Part shown: piece by piece, positions 48,872 to 57,372 of the stretch
Layout of the letters: the number at the start of each line of letters is the position of its first letter
How positions within the stretch are numbered: the stretch's first letter is position 1
Origin: a virus
Taxonomy: Duplodnaviria; Caudoviricetes
Length of the DNA: 64,000 bases
Virus record (IMG/VR): IMGVR_UViG_3300032295_002257
Coordinates: 15,492 to 79,491 of that record
Direction: 5' to 3' (one strand)
Translations under genes and position numbers: made by a program
The notes under the pieces: generated by a model
Seen by the model: only the letters and a program-made list of their open reading frames with translations
What the model was told of the DNA's origin: nothing
Databases searched by the model: none

Positions 48872-49705
48872 TTAATTTGCCGATATTTGGATGAAAACCT
48901 CCTCCTCAACAGGTGTATAATCTACTAGTATTTGGGTAGGATTTACCTCCCCCAATTCAATCTTCTCCTGCTCCTCATATCTCTCCAATACCCTTTTAAC
49001 GATACCTGAACGAATACAATCTGCATTTGAGAACTCTATCTGATAGATACCCTCAACTCCACCTAATCGTTTCCATACATCATAAAACCCACTTTTTTGA
49101 TAAGCAGGTATTCCATTGGAACGATATTTGTCACATTGTGAAAGGTCACCCTCTATAATCAATTTTGAAGTATCTGATATACGAGTTATTAGGGTTTTCA
49201 ATTGAAGTGGTGATGCGTTTTGCGCCTCATCTAAAATGATATATGAATTTTCGATATTAATACCTCTTAAAAAGTTTAATACCTTAAATTCAATTGCACC
49301 CTTTTCTATTAATTTTTTTGTTTCAAACTCTCCTATAATTTTGTATAAAATATATAAAGATGATTCATTATGAACTTCCATCTTCTCCATTAAATCTCCA
49401 GGCAAATGCCCTAATTTATCTTCACCACCCACATCAACTGTTGGGTTGATTATTATTAATTTTTCTATATCAGAACCTTTATTTAACAACATCTCTAATC
49501 CCTTTTGAATTGATATGTATGTCTTTCCCGCACCTGCTAAAGCATGAGCCATAATAATGTTACTATCTTCCCTTTCTATTGCTTTATAAAATCTTTTTTG
49601 ATTTTTAGTTTTGAATTTAACTTTACTCACCACTTTTGGAGTTGTATGAGTTTTTGGAATTTCGGTTATATCCGAACTTACTACCACCATTTTTTTTCTG
49701 CTCAT
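48872..49705 (-). CDS. phoH: PhoH-like ATPase
   Basis: LAGAGKT Walker A, LGHLPGD, FLRG, LDEAQN and GDLSQCD. Confidence 0.9.
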   Translation of the reverse strand: MSRKKMVVVSSDITEIPKTHTTPKVVSKVKFKTKNQKRFYKAIEREDSNIIMAHALAGAGKTYISIQKGLEMLLNKGSDIEKLIIINPTVDVGGEDKLGHLPGDLMEKMEVHNESSLYILYKIIGEFETKKLIEKGAIEFKVLNFLRGINIENSYIILDEAQNASPLQLKTLITRISDTSKLIIEGDLSQCDKYRSNGIPAYQKSGFYDVWKRLGGVEGIYQIEFSNADCIRSGIVKRVLERYEEQEKIELGEVNPTQILVDYTPVEEEVFIQISAN

Positions 49706-49749
49706 ATTATTTACTTTTTTTTAAAGTGTGTAAACAATAACTAAGATGG

Positions 49750-50145
49750 TCATACAATTGAAAATTGCTTTGTAACTTTTTTAAAGTTTCTTCTTTTTCG
49801 CTTGTCCATCGTTTTAATGTAACTTTCTATTTCAGAACATAGCTCATAATATTCTATGGTAATGCACAATTGTAACAACATTTCGAGCGCACACTTATAC
49901 TCATTCTGATGTAGTATTGAAACCGCATCGGAGTCTCTGAATTTAATCAATAAGATGTAAGGCTTTTTAGTAGTGTGGGCTCTTTTAATTTTTGCGAATG
50001 TTTGTTCAATAAATTCCAATCCGTATTTTGATAAATACTTGTTGATGATTGGGTTGGATGAATTAAAATATTTCTTCCATCCAACTATCATATATGGTTT
50101 TGTTTTGGAACTACCCATACTGAACAATTTTGTTTCATAAAACAA
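49750..50145 (-). CDS. Hypothetical protein
   Basis: 131-aa ORF with C-terminal EYYELC..I motif; start uncertain. Confidence 0.5.
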   Translation of the reverse strand: MFYETKLFSMGSSKTKPYMIVGWKKYFNSSNPIINKYLSKYGLEFIEQTFAKIKRAHTTKKPYILLIKFRDSDAVSILHQNEYKCALEMLLQLCITIEYYELCSEIESYIKTMDKRKRRNFKKVTKQFSIV

Positions 50146-50168
50146 TTTGTAACTTTATTATAAGTATT

Positions 50169-51005
50169 CTAATTGTATAAAATAGGTTCTATTGTTTTTT
50201 GTATAATCAACGAATTATATATACTTTCAATAGTCCCGCCAAGTAATTTGTGGACTTCAACTATCAATTTAACACTATTTATTTTGTATTTATTTTCAAA
50301 TTTCTCAGAGCCCTGCCAGTGGGAATATGAATTTTTAGGATTGGTTCTAATCTCATCATACGATAAATTATAATATGAAATCAATCGTTCCAATAAATGC
50401 TCACACAATATATGAGAAGTTAATGATTTATTACTAGCCAATTCAGAATTATGTTTGGACACAATATCTTCATTATCTAAAAATAATTTTCTTAGGGTTT
50501 TATAAGAATCTATATAATAGTTCAACAACCCATTGTTACCCTTCCATCTGATTAGATTTGTTGATATACTATTTTTTGAATTCGTATTCCACTCAGGTAT
50601 TAAATTTACTATATTAAACTCATTTAATAATTTTAAACTATCGTTTACTGATTTTGGTATATCGTTTTTGATTAGTTGATCAAATGAAACAAATATAGTA
50701 GGATTCGTATTGAATTCAATTGGTGAATATAAAAACATATCACCATCTATAGTTGCGTAATCATCCGTTCTGGTTTCCCAAATATGGATTTTTAAATCAT
50801 CGAATAAAATATATTCAATGTTATCGGTATTATGAGTTTCATCAAAATATTCTCCAATCCTAACTATGGCATCGGTTGTTCCATATAATACCGTCTCATA
50901 TCCTAAATCTTTTGCTAAATGAACGGATAGATAAAACATATCATACACATATTGATTATGTGGATGTTGTGGATTTCTATTTGCTAGACTCCAAACTAAT
51001 TTCAT
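50169..51005 (-). CDS. Putative glycosyltransferase-related protein (GT-A-like)
   Basis: TIDGD DxD motif, CEHLL and a late SHWQG. Confidence 0.5.
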   Translation of the reverse strand: MKLVWSLANRNPQHPHNQYVYDMFYLSVHLAKDLGYETVLYGTTDAIVRIGEYFDETHNTDNIEYILFDDLKIHIWETRTDDYATIDGDMFLYSPIEFNTNPTIFVSFDQLIKNDIPKSVNDSLKLLNEFNIVNLIPEWNTNSKNSISTNLIRWKGNNGLLNYYIDSYKTLRKLFLDNEDIVSKHNSELASNKSLTSHILCEHLLERLISYYNLSYDEIRTNPKNSYSHWQGSEKFENKYKINSVKLIVEVHKLLGGTIESIYNSLIIQKTIEPILYN

Positions 51006-51022
51006 AACTTATGTAGTTTAAA

Positions 51023-52081
51023 TTACCTTTGATTATAACGTGTATTGTTGCCCCCACCCATATTATCTCTACCATTATTGTAGCCGCCGCCATAAGAAGA
51101 ACCACCTCCACTACCTACGCTTGATCCACCACCTCCGCCACCTGTAGATGGTGTGGATGGTGTTGTAGTATTTGATGTTGAATTTGATGGTTGTTTTATC
51201 GTTATTATTTTTACATTAAATGGACCCGATACTTCTTTGAATCTTACAAATAATCTTGCATATTGTGACATCCCAGGTTGTGCAATCTGAGCTTTTGGAA
51301 CATCCATATATCCCACTCTGGCTGTTTTAGCATCATCAAATATTTCAAATAAACCATTACCTAAATAGTTACCTATAAATTTATCCCCTTCATTAATTCT
51401 ATAAAGTTCTCGAGAAGTTGTATTTCGCGTTTCTCTTACAGCTCGTGGTTCTCTATTTAAATTTTTAACCCTTCGATATTCCCATTGGTATGCTTGTATA
51501 TTTTCTTCAACAATTTCTACAGTTGCCACATCTGTAACTAAACTTTTTGGTTTTGGTATTTCTGGTAAAGTATATTGAGATAATTGTTTAGCTGATAGAA
51601 CGCCATTTGTTTCTATTTCATCTAATCCAACTGGAGATACTACCCAATCTATATATTTAACAAGTGATATATAATCATATGAACCATCTGCTAATACAAA
51701 AACATTTTTTGTTACGTTAATTTTTTTACTATTTTCGGTAACCTTTAAATTTGCTATAATTGAAGCAATATCATTTAGGTTATATTTAACTAAAAATTCA
51801 GATTGAAATGTAGATTTTATAAAGTATGGATTTGATTCATTATAAGAAGTAATCAACTCTGTATAATAACTAGGAGATGTATAAATCGTATCATCAATTG
51901 AAATTAGAAATCTAAAGCTTGTATCAGGAACTATTACCAATGGATCAAATGTTGGTATATCGAAATCCAACTTATTTGTATCAAAATTACCCTCTAATGT
52001 AATAGTATCTAAAGCAGTCTTTTTATAATTGCTTGTAGTTGGATAGGTGTTTTGTTGTTGTTCTAAAATTATATATTCCAT
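51023..52081 (-). CDS. Hypothetical late protein with Ser/Thr/Gly-rich tail
   Basis: 352 aa; ATATTTAT at 52086-52093. Confidence 0.55.
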   Translation of the reverse strand: MEYIILEQQQNTYPTTSNYKKTALDTITLEGNFDTNKLDFDIPTFDPLVIVPDTSFRFLISIDDTIYTSPSYYTELITSYNESNPYFIKSTFQSEFLVKYNLNDIASIIANLKVTENSKKINVTKNVFVLADGSYDYISLVKYIDWVVSPVGLDEIETNGVLSAKQLSQYTLPEIPKPKSLVTDVATVEIVEENIQAYQWEYRRVKNLNREPRAVRETRNTTSRELYRINEGDKFIGNYLGNGLFEIFDDAKTARVGYMDVPKAQIAQPGMSQYARLFVRFKEVSGPFNVKIITIKQPSNSTSNTTTPSTPSTGGGGGGSSVGSGGGSSYGGGYNNGRDNMGGGNNTRYNQR

Positions 52082-52096
52082 ACGAATAAATATAAC

Positions 52097-52540
52097 TTAT
52101 TCGTAATATTGGATTTTAACACCTGCTTCGTTAAACATTTGTAAACTCCTCTTACCACTCTCTTCCCATTTAGGCCCTTTAGCGCCAACTTCACCAACCT
52201 CACAAACGATAGTTGTAATTCCGGCATTTATAATACCTCTACAACAATCTGCACAAGGAATTCCACAAGTTAGATACATTGTAGTTCCTTTAGTAGAAAC
52301 TCCGATTCGGGCTGCGTTGTAGATAGCATTACGTTCGGCATGTTCGAACCAAAAGTATTTCTCAGGTCTTTCTTGTCTTTCGGATATATCATCGCTTATT
52401 CCTCTCGGAAATGAGTTATAGCCGGTAGATACAATTTCGTTATCTTCCCCAACTATAACTGCTCCGATTTGAGTTCTTTCATCTTTAGATTTCAATTTAA
52501 CCTGATGAGCTATGTTACGGAAGTATTCTTTCCAATTCAT
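52097..52540 (-). CDS. dCMP deaminase
   Basis: TGYN, HAERNAI and PCADC zinc motifs. Confidence 0.92.
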   Translation of the reverse strand: MNWKEYFRNIAHQVKLKSKDERTQIGAVIVGEDNEIVSTGYNSFPRGISDDISERQERPEKYFWFEHAERNAIYNAARIGVSTKGTTMYLTCGIPCADCCRGIINAGITTIVCEVGEVGAKGPKWEESGKRSLQMFNEAGVKIQYYE

Positions 52541-53220
52541 ATAAAATCTATTTCATTTGTAGATTTATCCCAATCAAAGGTTAATGGATTCTGAGTGAAT
52601 TCATATCTCTCATCTAAAACGGATGCGTTAATGAAATGAGTATCTCCGTTGGTAGTGTATCCATATCCACTATGGATGTGTCCACATATATGAATCTTTG
52701 GTTTAAATCCTAGGATTCTATTTGTAAGTAATTCGCATCCCAAACTTTCACTTCTACCAACTACCTTATCAACATAACCCCAAGCAGGTCCGTGAGTAAT
52801 TAAGATATCAGTATCATCATCAATCATATTCCACTTTTGTTGTAACTCAACTCCGTTGCGTGGAAGATTAAAAGCCCAATTATAAAATTCAGGCTGCCAG
52901 GGAGAACCCCATATTTTTATTCCATCAATTGTAACCCAATTATCTTCTAAATAATTAATCCACTTATATGAGTTAATAATTTGAGATATTTCTTCAGCTC
53001 TTATTTGAAAACCAAAATCGTGATTTCCTGCTATGAATATTTTTGTATTGTAATTATCAACCGATTCAAACCATTCACAAAATTCGTTAATATCTACATT
53101 ACTACCTCTATTACTAATATCACCTGCATGGATTAGTATATCTCCACCTGGAAGATATCCATTCAGTTCCATATGTTTAGTATGGGTATCTGATATTGTT
53201 GTAATTCTTACTTTGCCCAT
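52537..53220 (-). CDS. Metallophosphoesterase (calcineurin-like)
   Basis: SDTH, HAGD, GNHD, THGP and GHIH. Confidence 0.9.
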   Translation of the reverse strand: MGKVRITTISDTHTKHMELNGYLPGGDILIHAGDISNRGSNVDINEFCEWFESVDNYNTKIFIAGNHDFGFQIRAEEISQIINSYKWINYLEDNWVTIDGIKIWGSPWQPEFYNWAFNLPRNGVELQQKWNMIDDDTDILITHGPAWGYVDKVVGRSESLGCELLTNRILGFKPKIHICGHIHSGYGYTTNGDTHFINASVLDERYEFTQNPLTFDWDKSTNEIDFI

Positions 53221-53567
53221 TTTCCTCTTTGAACGATTTGAGCAATCACACCATATACGGATAAATCCTCATATGTATCTTGAATAGGTTCACCAACCTC
53301 ATCGGGCTGTCCTAATACTACCAATTGTTTTAAACGTTGAACCTTATCGTTAATTCTAAACCATAAACCAGTTAGGGATAACTTAACATCATCTTTAGTT
53401 TCCAATGCAGTTCCTACGGAAATGTTACCAGGTCCATAATTTCTTTGTTTCTTACAAAATGTAACATACATTTCATCTAAAATGTTTTTAAATTCTTCGC
53501 AAGTTTGAGGATAGGTTCTTTCACAAAACTCTATCGCTGTCTCTTCTTTTGGTGTGATTTCTGACAT
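53208..53567 (-). CDS. DUF1599 / nucleotide-modification-associated domain 1 protein
   Basis: KQRNYG, RINDKVQRL and DTYEDLSVY. Confidence 0.75.
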   Translation of the reverse strand: MSEITPKEETAIEFCERTYPQTCEEFKNILDEMYVTFCKKQRNYGPGNISVGTALETKDDVKLSLTGLWFRINDKVQRLKQLVVLGQPDEVGEPIQDTYEDLSVYGVIAQIVQRGKWAK

Positions 53568-53597
53568 AAATTGTGTTTAAATAGTTTTATTAGTTCC

Positions 53598-53629
53598 CAA
53601 ATATACGAATAAATTTTCACATATCCAAA
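53598..53629 (-). promoter_or_regulatory. Bacteroidota sigma-70-type promoter
   Basis: TTTG(53629-53626)-N20-TATATTTG(53605-53598). Confidence 0.75.
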
Positions 53630-53874
53630 CAAAACAAACTATATTTTTATTTTTGAAAAATATTGGTCAAAAAACAGCTTTTTGGAAAAGTAGCGCAATA
53701 TATATTTTCGTATGATGATATACTAAACTTCAGTCACCTAATAAAGTTGGAAGGCTGTTGGACCAGGTAAATACATTTTTGTACAAGTTTTAACGCAGCA
53801 GTACACGGGGACAGGGACACAGTACATAAGAAAGACAACAAGAAAATATTAAATAAAAAATTAATACAAGACTA

Positions 53875-54108
53875 CTAAAGATCTACAAACGAACCATCCA
53901 CATTTTCAACAACCTTATAAACTCTTTGAGTTGGGTCATCATTGAACAATTCATCTTTTTTGGATATTGCCTCTTCTAAAGTATCGAATTCATCAATAGT
54001 ATCATTACCATTTAATTTCAATACCCATATCTGTCTTTTTGCCCAATTTGCATCTCCCATATTTACATCGGATGGGACTAATTGTTTTTGAACTACAAAT
54101 TTTTTCAT
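53875..54108 (-). CDS. Hypothetical protein
   Basis: Likely start MKKFVVQKQ at 54108, just after the upstream stop. Confidence 0.55.
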   Translation of the reverse strand: MKKFVVQKQLVPSDVNMGDANWAKRQIWVLKLNGNDTIDEFDTLEEAISKKDELFNDDPTQRVYKVVENVDGSFVDL

Positions 54109-54109
54109 A

Positions 54110-54316
54110 TTATTGTATTTTAGCGGTTTCTTTAAACCTACCATCTAATTTCCACATTATCTTATTCGATATATCTCTTGCCCTATCATCTTGTTCTGAA
54201 AAATGTAGATAAAGAAAAAATATCTGAAATGATAATGCAAACATAACCCAAACTAAAGCCAAACACACTATTGTGTTTAGAAGTCCGTGATATAACTTAT
54301 TTAGAATGGATTTCAT
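54110..54316 (-). CDS. Small single-TM membrane protein
   Basis: 68 aa with one hydrophobic helix. Confidence 0.55.
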   Translation of the reverse strand: MKSILNKLYHGLLNTIVCLALVWVMFALSFQIFFLYLHFSEQDDRARDISNKIMWKLDGRFKETAKIQ

Positions 54317-54317
54317 T

Positions 54318-54968
54318 TTATTTTTTTAGTTTAACTTTCCAATACACACCACCTTTGATATATGGAGTAAACACACCATTAGTTCCATCGATTGTTGTAT
54401 TGTTGACACCCACACCTAAATTGTATATCTTATCGGATTTAGAATTAATTAATAATCCAGCCCCTATAAAATTTACAAAATCACCTCTATTAAATCCACC
54501 CTCTAAACCAACAAACACTTTTCGTTTAAAAGGTTCGGGTATTTTAAGAGTATCTACTATTGGTGTTATTTTAGTTGTGTATTTTCTACCTATTAATTTG
54601 TTTTGTGAAATCGTATCGGTTATTGTAATAGAACCCTGTTGTTTATCAAACTTATATGTGTTTACAAATACGTTCTTACTATTCAAATAGTTGTTTACAA
54701 TAAAGCTTGTGTCTACTAATGCTTGAATTGTATCGTGAACTGCAAATGGTATTAGTTTTTCAACTTCTATCGGCACTTCAACTTCATATGGAACTTCTAC
54801 TTCAATCGTATCGTGTATTGGAGTTAGATATTCATTACCAACTTTAATTTGCTTCTCAACAATTTTAGTTCGTTTAGGCATAACACCAAACGGGTCAAAA
54901 GATACTAATGATAGTATAATCACTAATATTAAAATGATAATATTTTTTAACTCTAAATGTTTTTTCAT
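54318..54968 (-). CDS. Membrane-anchored envelope protein with beta-rich C-terminus
   Basis: N-terminal TM, VEVP repeats, C-terminal YIKGGVYWKVKL. Confidence 0.55.
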   Translation of the reverse strand: MKKHLELKNIIILILVIILSLVSFDPFGVMPKRTKIVEKQIKVGNEYLTPIHDTIEVEVPYEVEVPIEVEKLIPFAVHDTIQALVDTSFIVNNYLNSKNVFVNTYKFDKQQGSITITDTISQNKLIGRKYTTKITPIVDTLKIPEPFKRKVFVGLEGGFNRGDFVNFIGAGLLINSKSDKIYNLGVGVNNTTIDGTNGVFTPYIKGGVYWKVKLKK

Positions 54969-54969
54969 A

Positions 54970-55395
54970 TTACTTAACTAAAAATAATACAGTCATTATT
55001 AATGCAATACCAGAACCCGCTTTATAAACAGCTGTCTTAAACTTTTGAACTTTAAGTTCTTTTAATAGTTTATCTGACTTTTCTCTTTCCAAAGAAAATT
55101 GTTGGTCTTTCTTATCTATAATAACATTTAAGTTAGTGATTTTTTCATCTTTCAAACTATCCTTTTGTTTATATAGGTCAATTTGTAGATTCTTCTCATC
55201 TAACATTTTATATACTTCCTTTAATTCAATTTTAGCACCATCCCCACTAAGAATATCCTTAATGACTAGACGTGCTGTCGGAACTTTTAAGGGTACTATC
55301 GAGTCTTGCTTCACCGGCGTTTGATTCGTAACGGTCTGAGAAAAACTTGAGAAGGTCGTGAATAGTATAATCACTAACAGCATTAACTTTTTCAT
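54970..55395 (-). CDS. Spanin-like protein (signal peptide, coiled coil, C-terminal TM)
   Basis: Its start overlaps the 3' end of the upstream coiled-coil gene, an Rz/Rz1-like arrangement. Confidence 0.5.
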   Translation of the reverse strand: MKKLMLLVIILFTTFSSFSQTVTNQTPVKQDSIVPLKVPTARLVIKDILSGDGAKIELKEVYKMLDEKNLQIDLYKQKDSLKDEKITNLNVIIDKKDQQFSLEREKSDKLLKELKVQKFKTAVYKAGSGIALIMTVLFLVK

Positions 55396-55654
55396 TTGTT
55401 TGTGTTTTAATTAGGTTTATGTTTTTGTTGATTGTTGTTACTCTTGTTTCCACTACATTAATTTCATCATCTACTTTAGCAATATGGGTATCAAGTACTT
55501 CGTTTGCAGTTTCAACTGAATCTATCTCATTTTGTAAAGAATCAATTTTTCGGTTATAAGCTTCCACATCAGTACGAATACTATTGTTAGTAAAAATGTT
55601 ATAACCCACCAAAATAATAAGAATAACTAATATGATATTTTTTAAAATGTTCAT
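55259..55654 (-). CDS. Inner-membrane spanin-like coiled-coil protein
   Basis: N-terminal TM then a long heptad coiled coil; late motif at 55678-55685. Confidence 0.55.
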   Translation of the reverse strand: MNILKNIILVILIILVGYNIFTNNSIRTDVEAYNRKIDSLQNEIDSVETANEVLDTHIAKVDDEINVVETRVTTINKNINLIKTQTNEKVNAVSDYTIHDLLKFFSDRYESNAGEARLDSTLKSSDSTSSH

Positions 55655-55789
55655 AATTTATTTTTTTGTTTATGTGTATAAATATAGTTTTGTATAATTT
55701 AAAGAACTTTCATCAACTTATTAGGAAAATCCTATTTTTCTTTATTTTTTAACATTTATGTCGATATATATATTAAAATAATATAATAT

Positions 55790-55915
55790 ATGATACATTT
55801 ACTTATAACTCTTATCTTAATATGTGGTTCATTGGGAGCTACTATTTCTAAAACAACAAAGGATTATGGATTCAGAAAGCAACGTCAACATACTGAACCA
55901 TTAAAGTTGGATTAA
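55790..55915 (+). CDS. Small membrane/secreted peptide (41 aa)
   Basis: Not in the ORF track: MIHLLITLILICGSLGATISKTTKDYGFRKQRQHTEPLKLD. Its stop overlaps the convergent stop. Confidence 0.4.
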   Translation: MIHLLITLILICGSLGATISKTTKDYGFRKQRQHTEPLKLD

Positions 55916-57372
55916 AACATCATCTTTGAACCAATTTGGAAATTGTTCAATAAAGTAAATTTAGGTTCAAATGTCATAGCTCCTCTATATGATGTTGATA
56001 GTGCAAATCTTTTACTAATTTTGTAATCATATCCTAACCCAATAATTGCACCAGGCGTTCTACTTACTGAACTAGCTCCTGTCATTGTATTCCAAGCTAT
56101 TGGGGATTGCATTACGAATACTTGTGGAGTTAGAGTTACCTTTCTATTATATTGAAATGGTTTCATCCAAAATCCAACTGCGGATGCACTTAGAGATACA
56201 TCATATCCACCACCACCCACTCTCTGCATCATAAGGGTTATAATACCAACATTATATCCCATCGTTCCCCATTTAGGATGTGGTTTGATGTAGGTGTATC
56301 CATTAAGATTCATTAGAGTTCCTTTAAGGTAAGCAAATGTAGTTCCATATGAATGTATTGCGTTTAGTTTACCATCCTCAAAATCCATCTTAGTAATACC
56401 ACCACTTAGGGCGAATTGGTCCATAGTGCTCCAAATCAATGCGGTAGCTGAATATGATTTATCACCCATTAGAGATGAACGAGATACACCTACACTCATC
56501 ATTACAGCGTATCTACCTTCGTTATCTTCAGTTCCCGCCAAATCAGATGCTAACATCATTGGGTTTGCTACCGATTTCTTTTTTTCCTCTTTTTTCTTTT
56601 CTTCCTTCTTCTCCTCTTTCTTTTCTTCTTTAGATTCTTCCTTCTTCTCCTCTTTTTTCTCCTCTGACTTTGATTCTTCTTTCTTTTCTTCAGATTTGCT
56701 TTCAGACTTAGATTCCTCTTTTGATTCAGACTTGCTTTCAGACTTGCTTTCCGATTTTGTTTCAGATTTGGTCTCCGTTTTGGTTTCGGTTTTTGTTTCC
56801 GATGATGAAGATGAACTGCTTGATGAAGATGATGAAGAACTACTGCTAGAACCTCCAGAAGCACTGCTTCCTGATGAGGAAGATGTTGGTGGTGGTGTAG
56901 AACTAGCGGATGAAGATGCTGCTCCAGAAGCGGCTCCAGATGCTGCCCCACTTGCAGCTCCAGATGCCGCAGAACTTGCGGCTCCACTAGCTGCAGAACT
57001 TGCAGCAGAAGATGCGGCTGAACTAGCTGCTTGAGTTGCTGCTGCCGATGCCGCTTGAGATGTTGCCTGTGCTACTGCATTAGTTACCGTTTGTTGAACT
57101 ACTTGAGAAGTTGGACATCCCATTGTTGAGTATGCCGTATAAGTTGCGGTTATCCAAAGTTGAACCGCACCTGCCATTACTTCTTGTGGTGAGAATACTC
57201 TGATCTGACTGTAAAACGATACCGTTGCAAACCCATTTACCATTGTTGTAGTGGCTACTTTAATTTCACCAGTACATTTATCCTTATAAGTTTGGGTATA
57301 GGTTTGCCCTATCGCCGTTTGAGCGAATGAACATATAACAATTATCAGTAAAGGAAGTATCCATTTTTTCAT
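55912..57372 (-). CDS. Secreted protein with low-complexity tether and C-terminal outer-membrane beta-barrel (autotransporter-like layout)
   Basis: Signal peptide, Ser/Ala then Glu/Lys linker, amphipathic strands, terminal Phe (QIGSKMMF). Confidence 0.6.
   Translation of the reverse strand: MKKWILPLLIIVICSFAQTAIGQTYTQTYKDKCTGEIKVATTTMVNGFATVSFYSQIRVFSPQEVMAGAVQLWITATYTAYSTMGCPTSQVVQQTVTNAVAQATSQAASAAATQAASSAASSAASSAASGAASSAASGAASGAASGAASGAASSSASSTPPPTSSSSGSSASGGSSSSSSSSSSSSSSSSSETKTETKTETKSETKSESKSESKSESKEESKSESKSEEKKEESKSEEKKEEKKEESKEEKKEEKKEEKKKEEKKKSVANPMMLASDLAGTEDNEGRYAVMMSVGVSRSSLMGDKSYSATALIWSTMDQFALSGGITKMDFEDGKLNAIHSYGTTFAYLKGTLMNLNGYTYIKPHPKWGTMGYNVGIITLMMQRVGGGGYDVSLSASAVGFWMKPFQYNRKVTLTPQVFVMQSPIAWNTMTGASSVSRTPGAIIGLGYDYKISKRFALSTSYRGAMTFEPKFTLLNNFQIGSKMMF
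56570..57080 (-). repeat. Coding low-complexity repeats (AASSA/AASGA, poly-S, KSES/KTET, EEKK)
   Basis: Visible directly in the DNA and the translation. Confidence 0.8.

Noticed and set aside
53731-53820. 29-aa Cys-rich minus-strand ORF (MYCVPVPVYCCVKTC...)
   Set aside because: Too short, with atypical composition and no upstream signal. Better treated as part of the candidate structured element.
55722-55734. TAGGA-AAA-TCCTA palindrome followed by a T tract
   Set aside because: A 5-bp stem is too weak to call a terminator or operator in this AT-rich context.
55650-55912. Prophage or host-chromosome boundary before the outer-membrane genes
   Set aside because: The phage late motif, terminator style, strand bias and MIKL-leader genes continue to the right. 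No att site or host housekeeping gene was seen.
56426-57034. 202-aa plus-strand and 139-aa alternative minus-strand ORFs over the low-complexity tether
   Set aside because: Repetitive codons lacking stops explain both. The 486-aa frame has a signal peptide and barrel signature.
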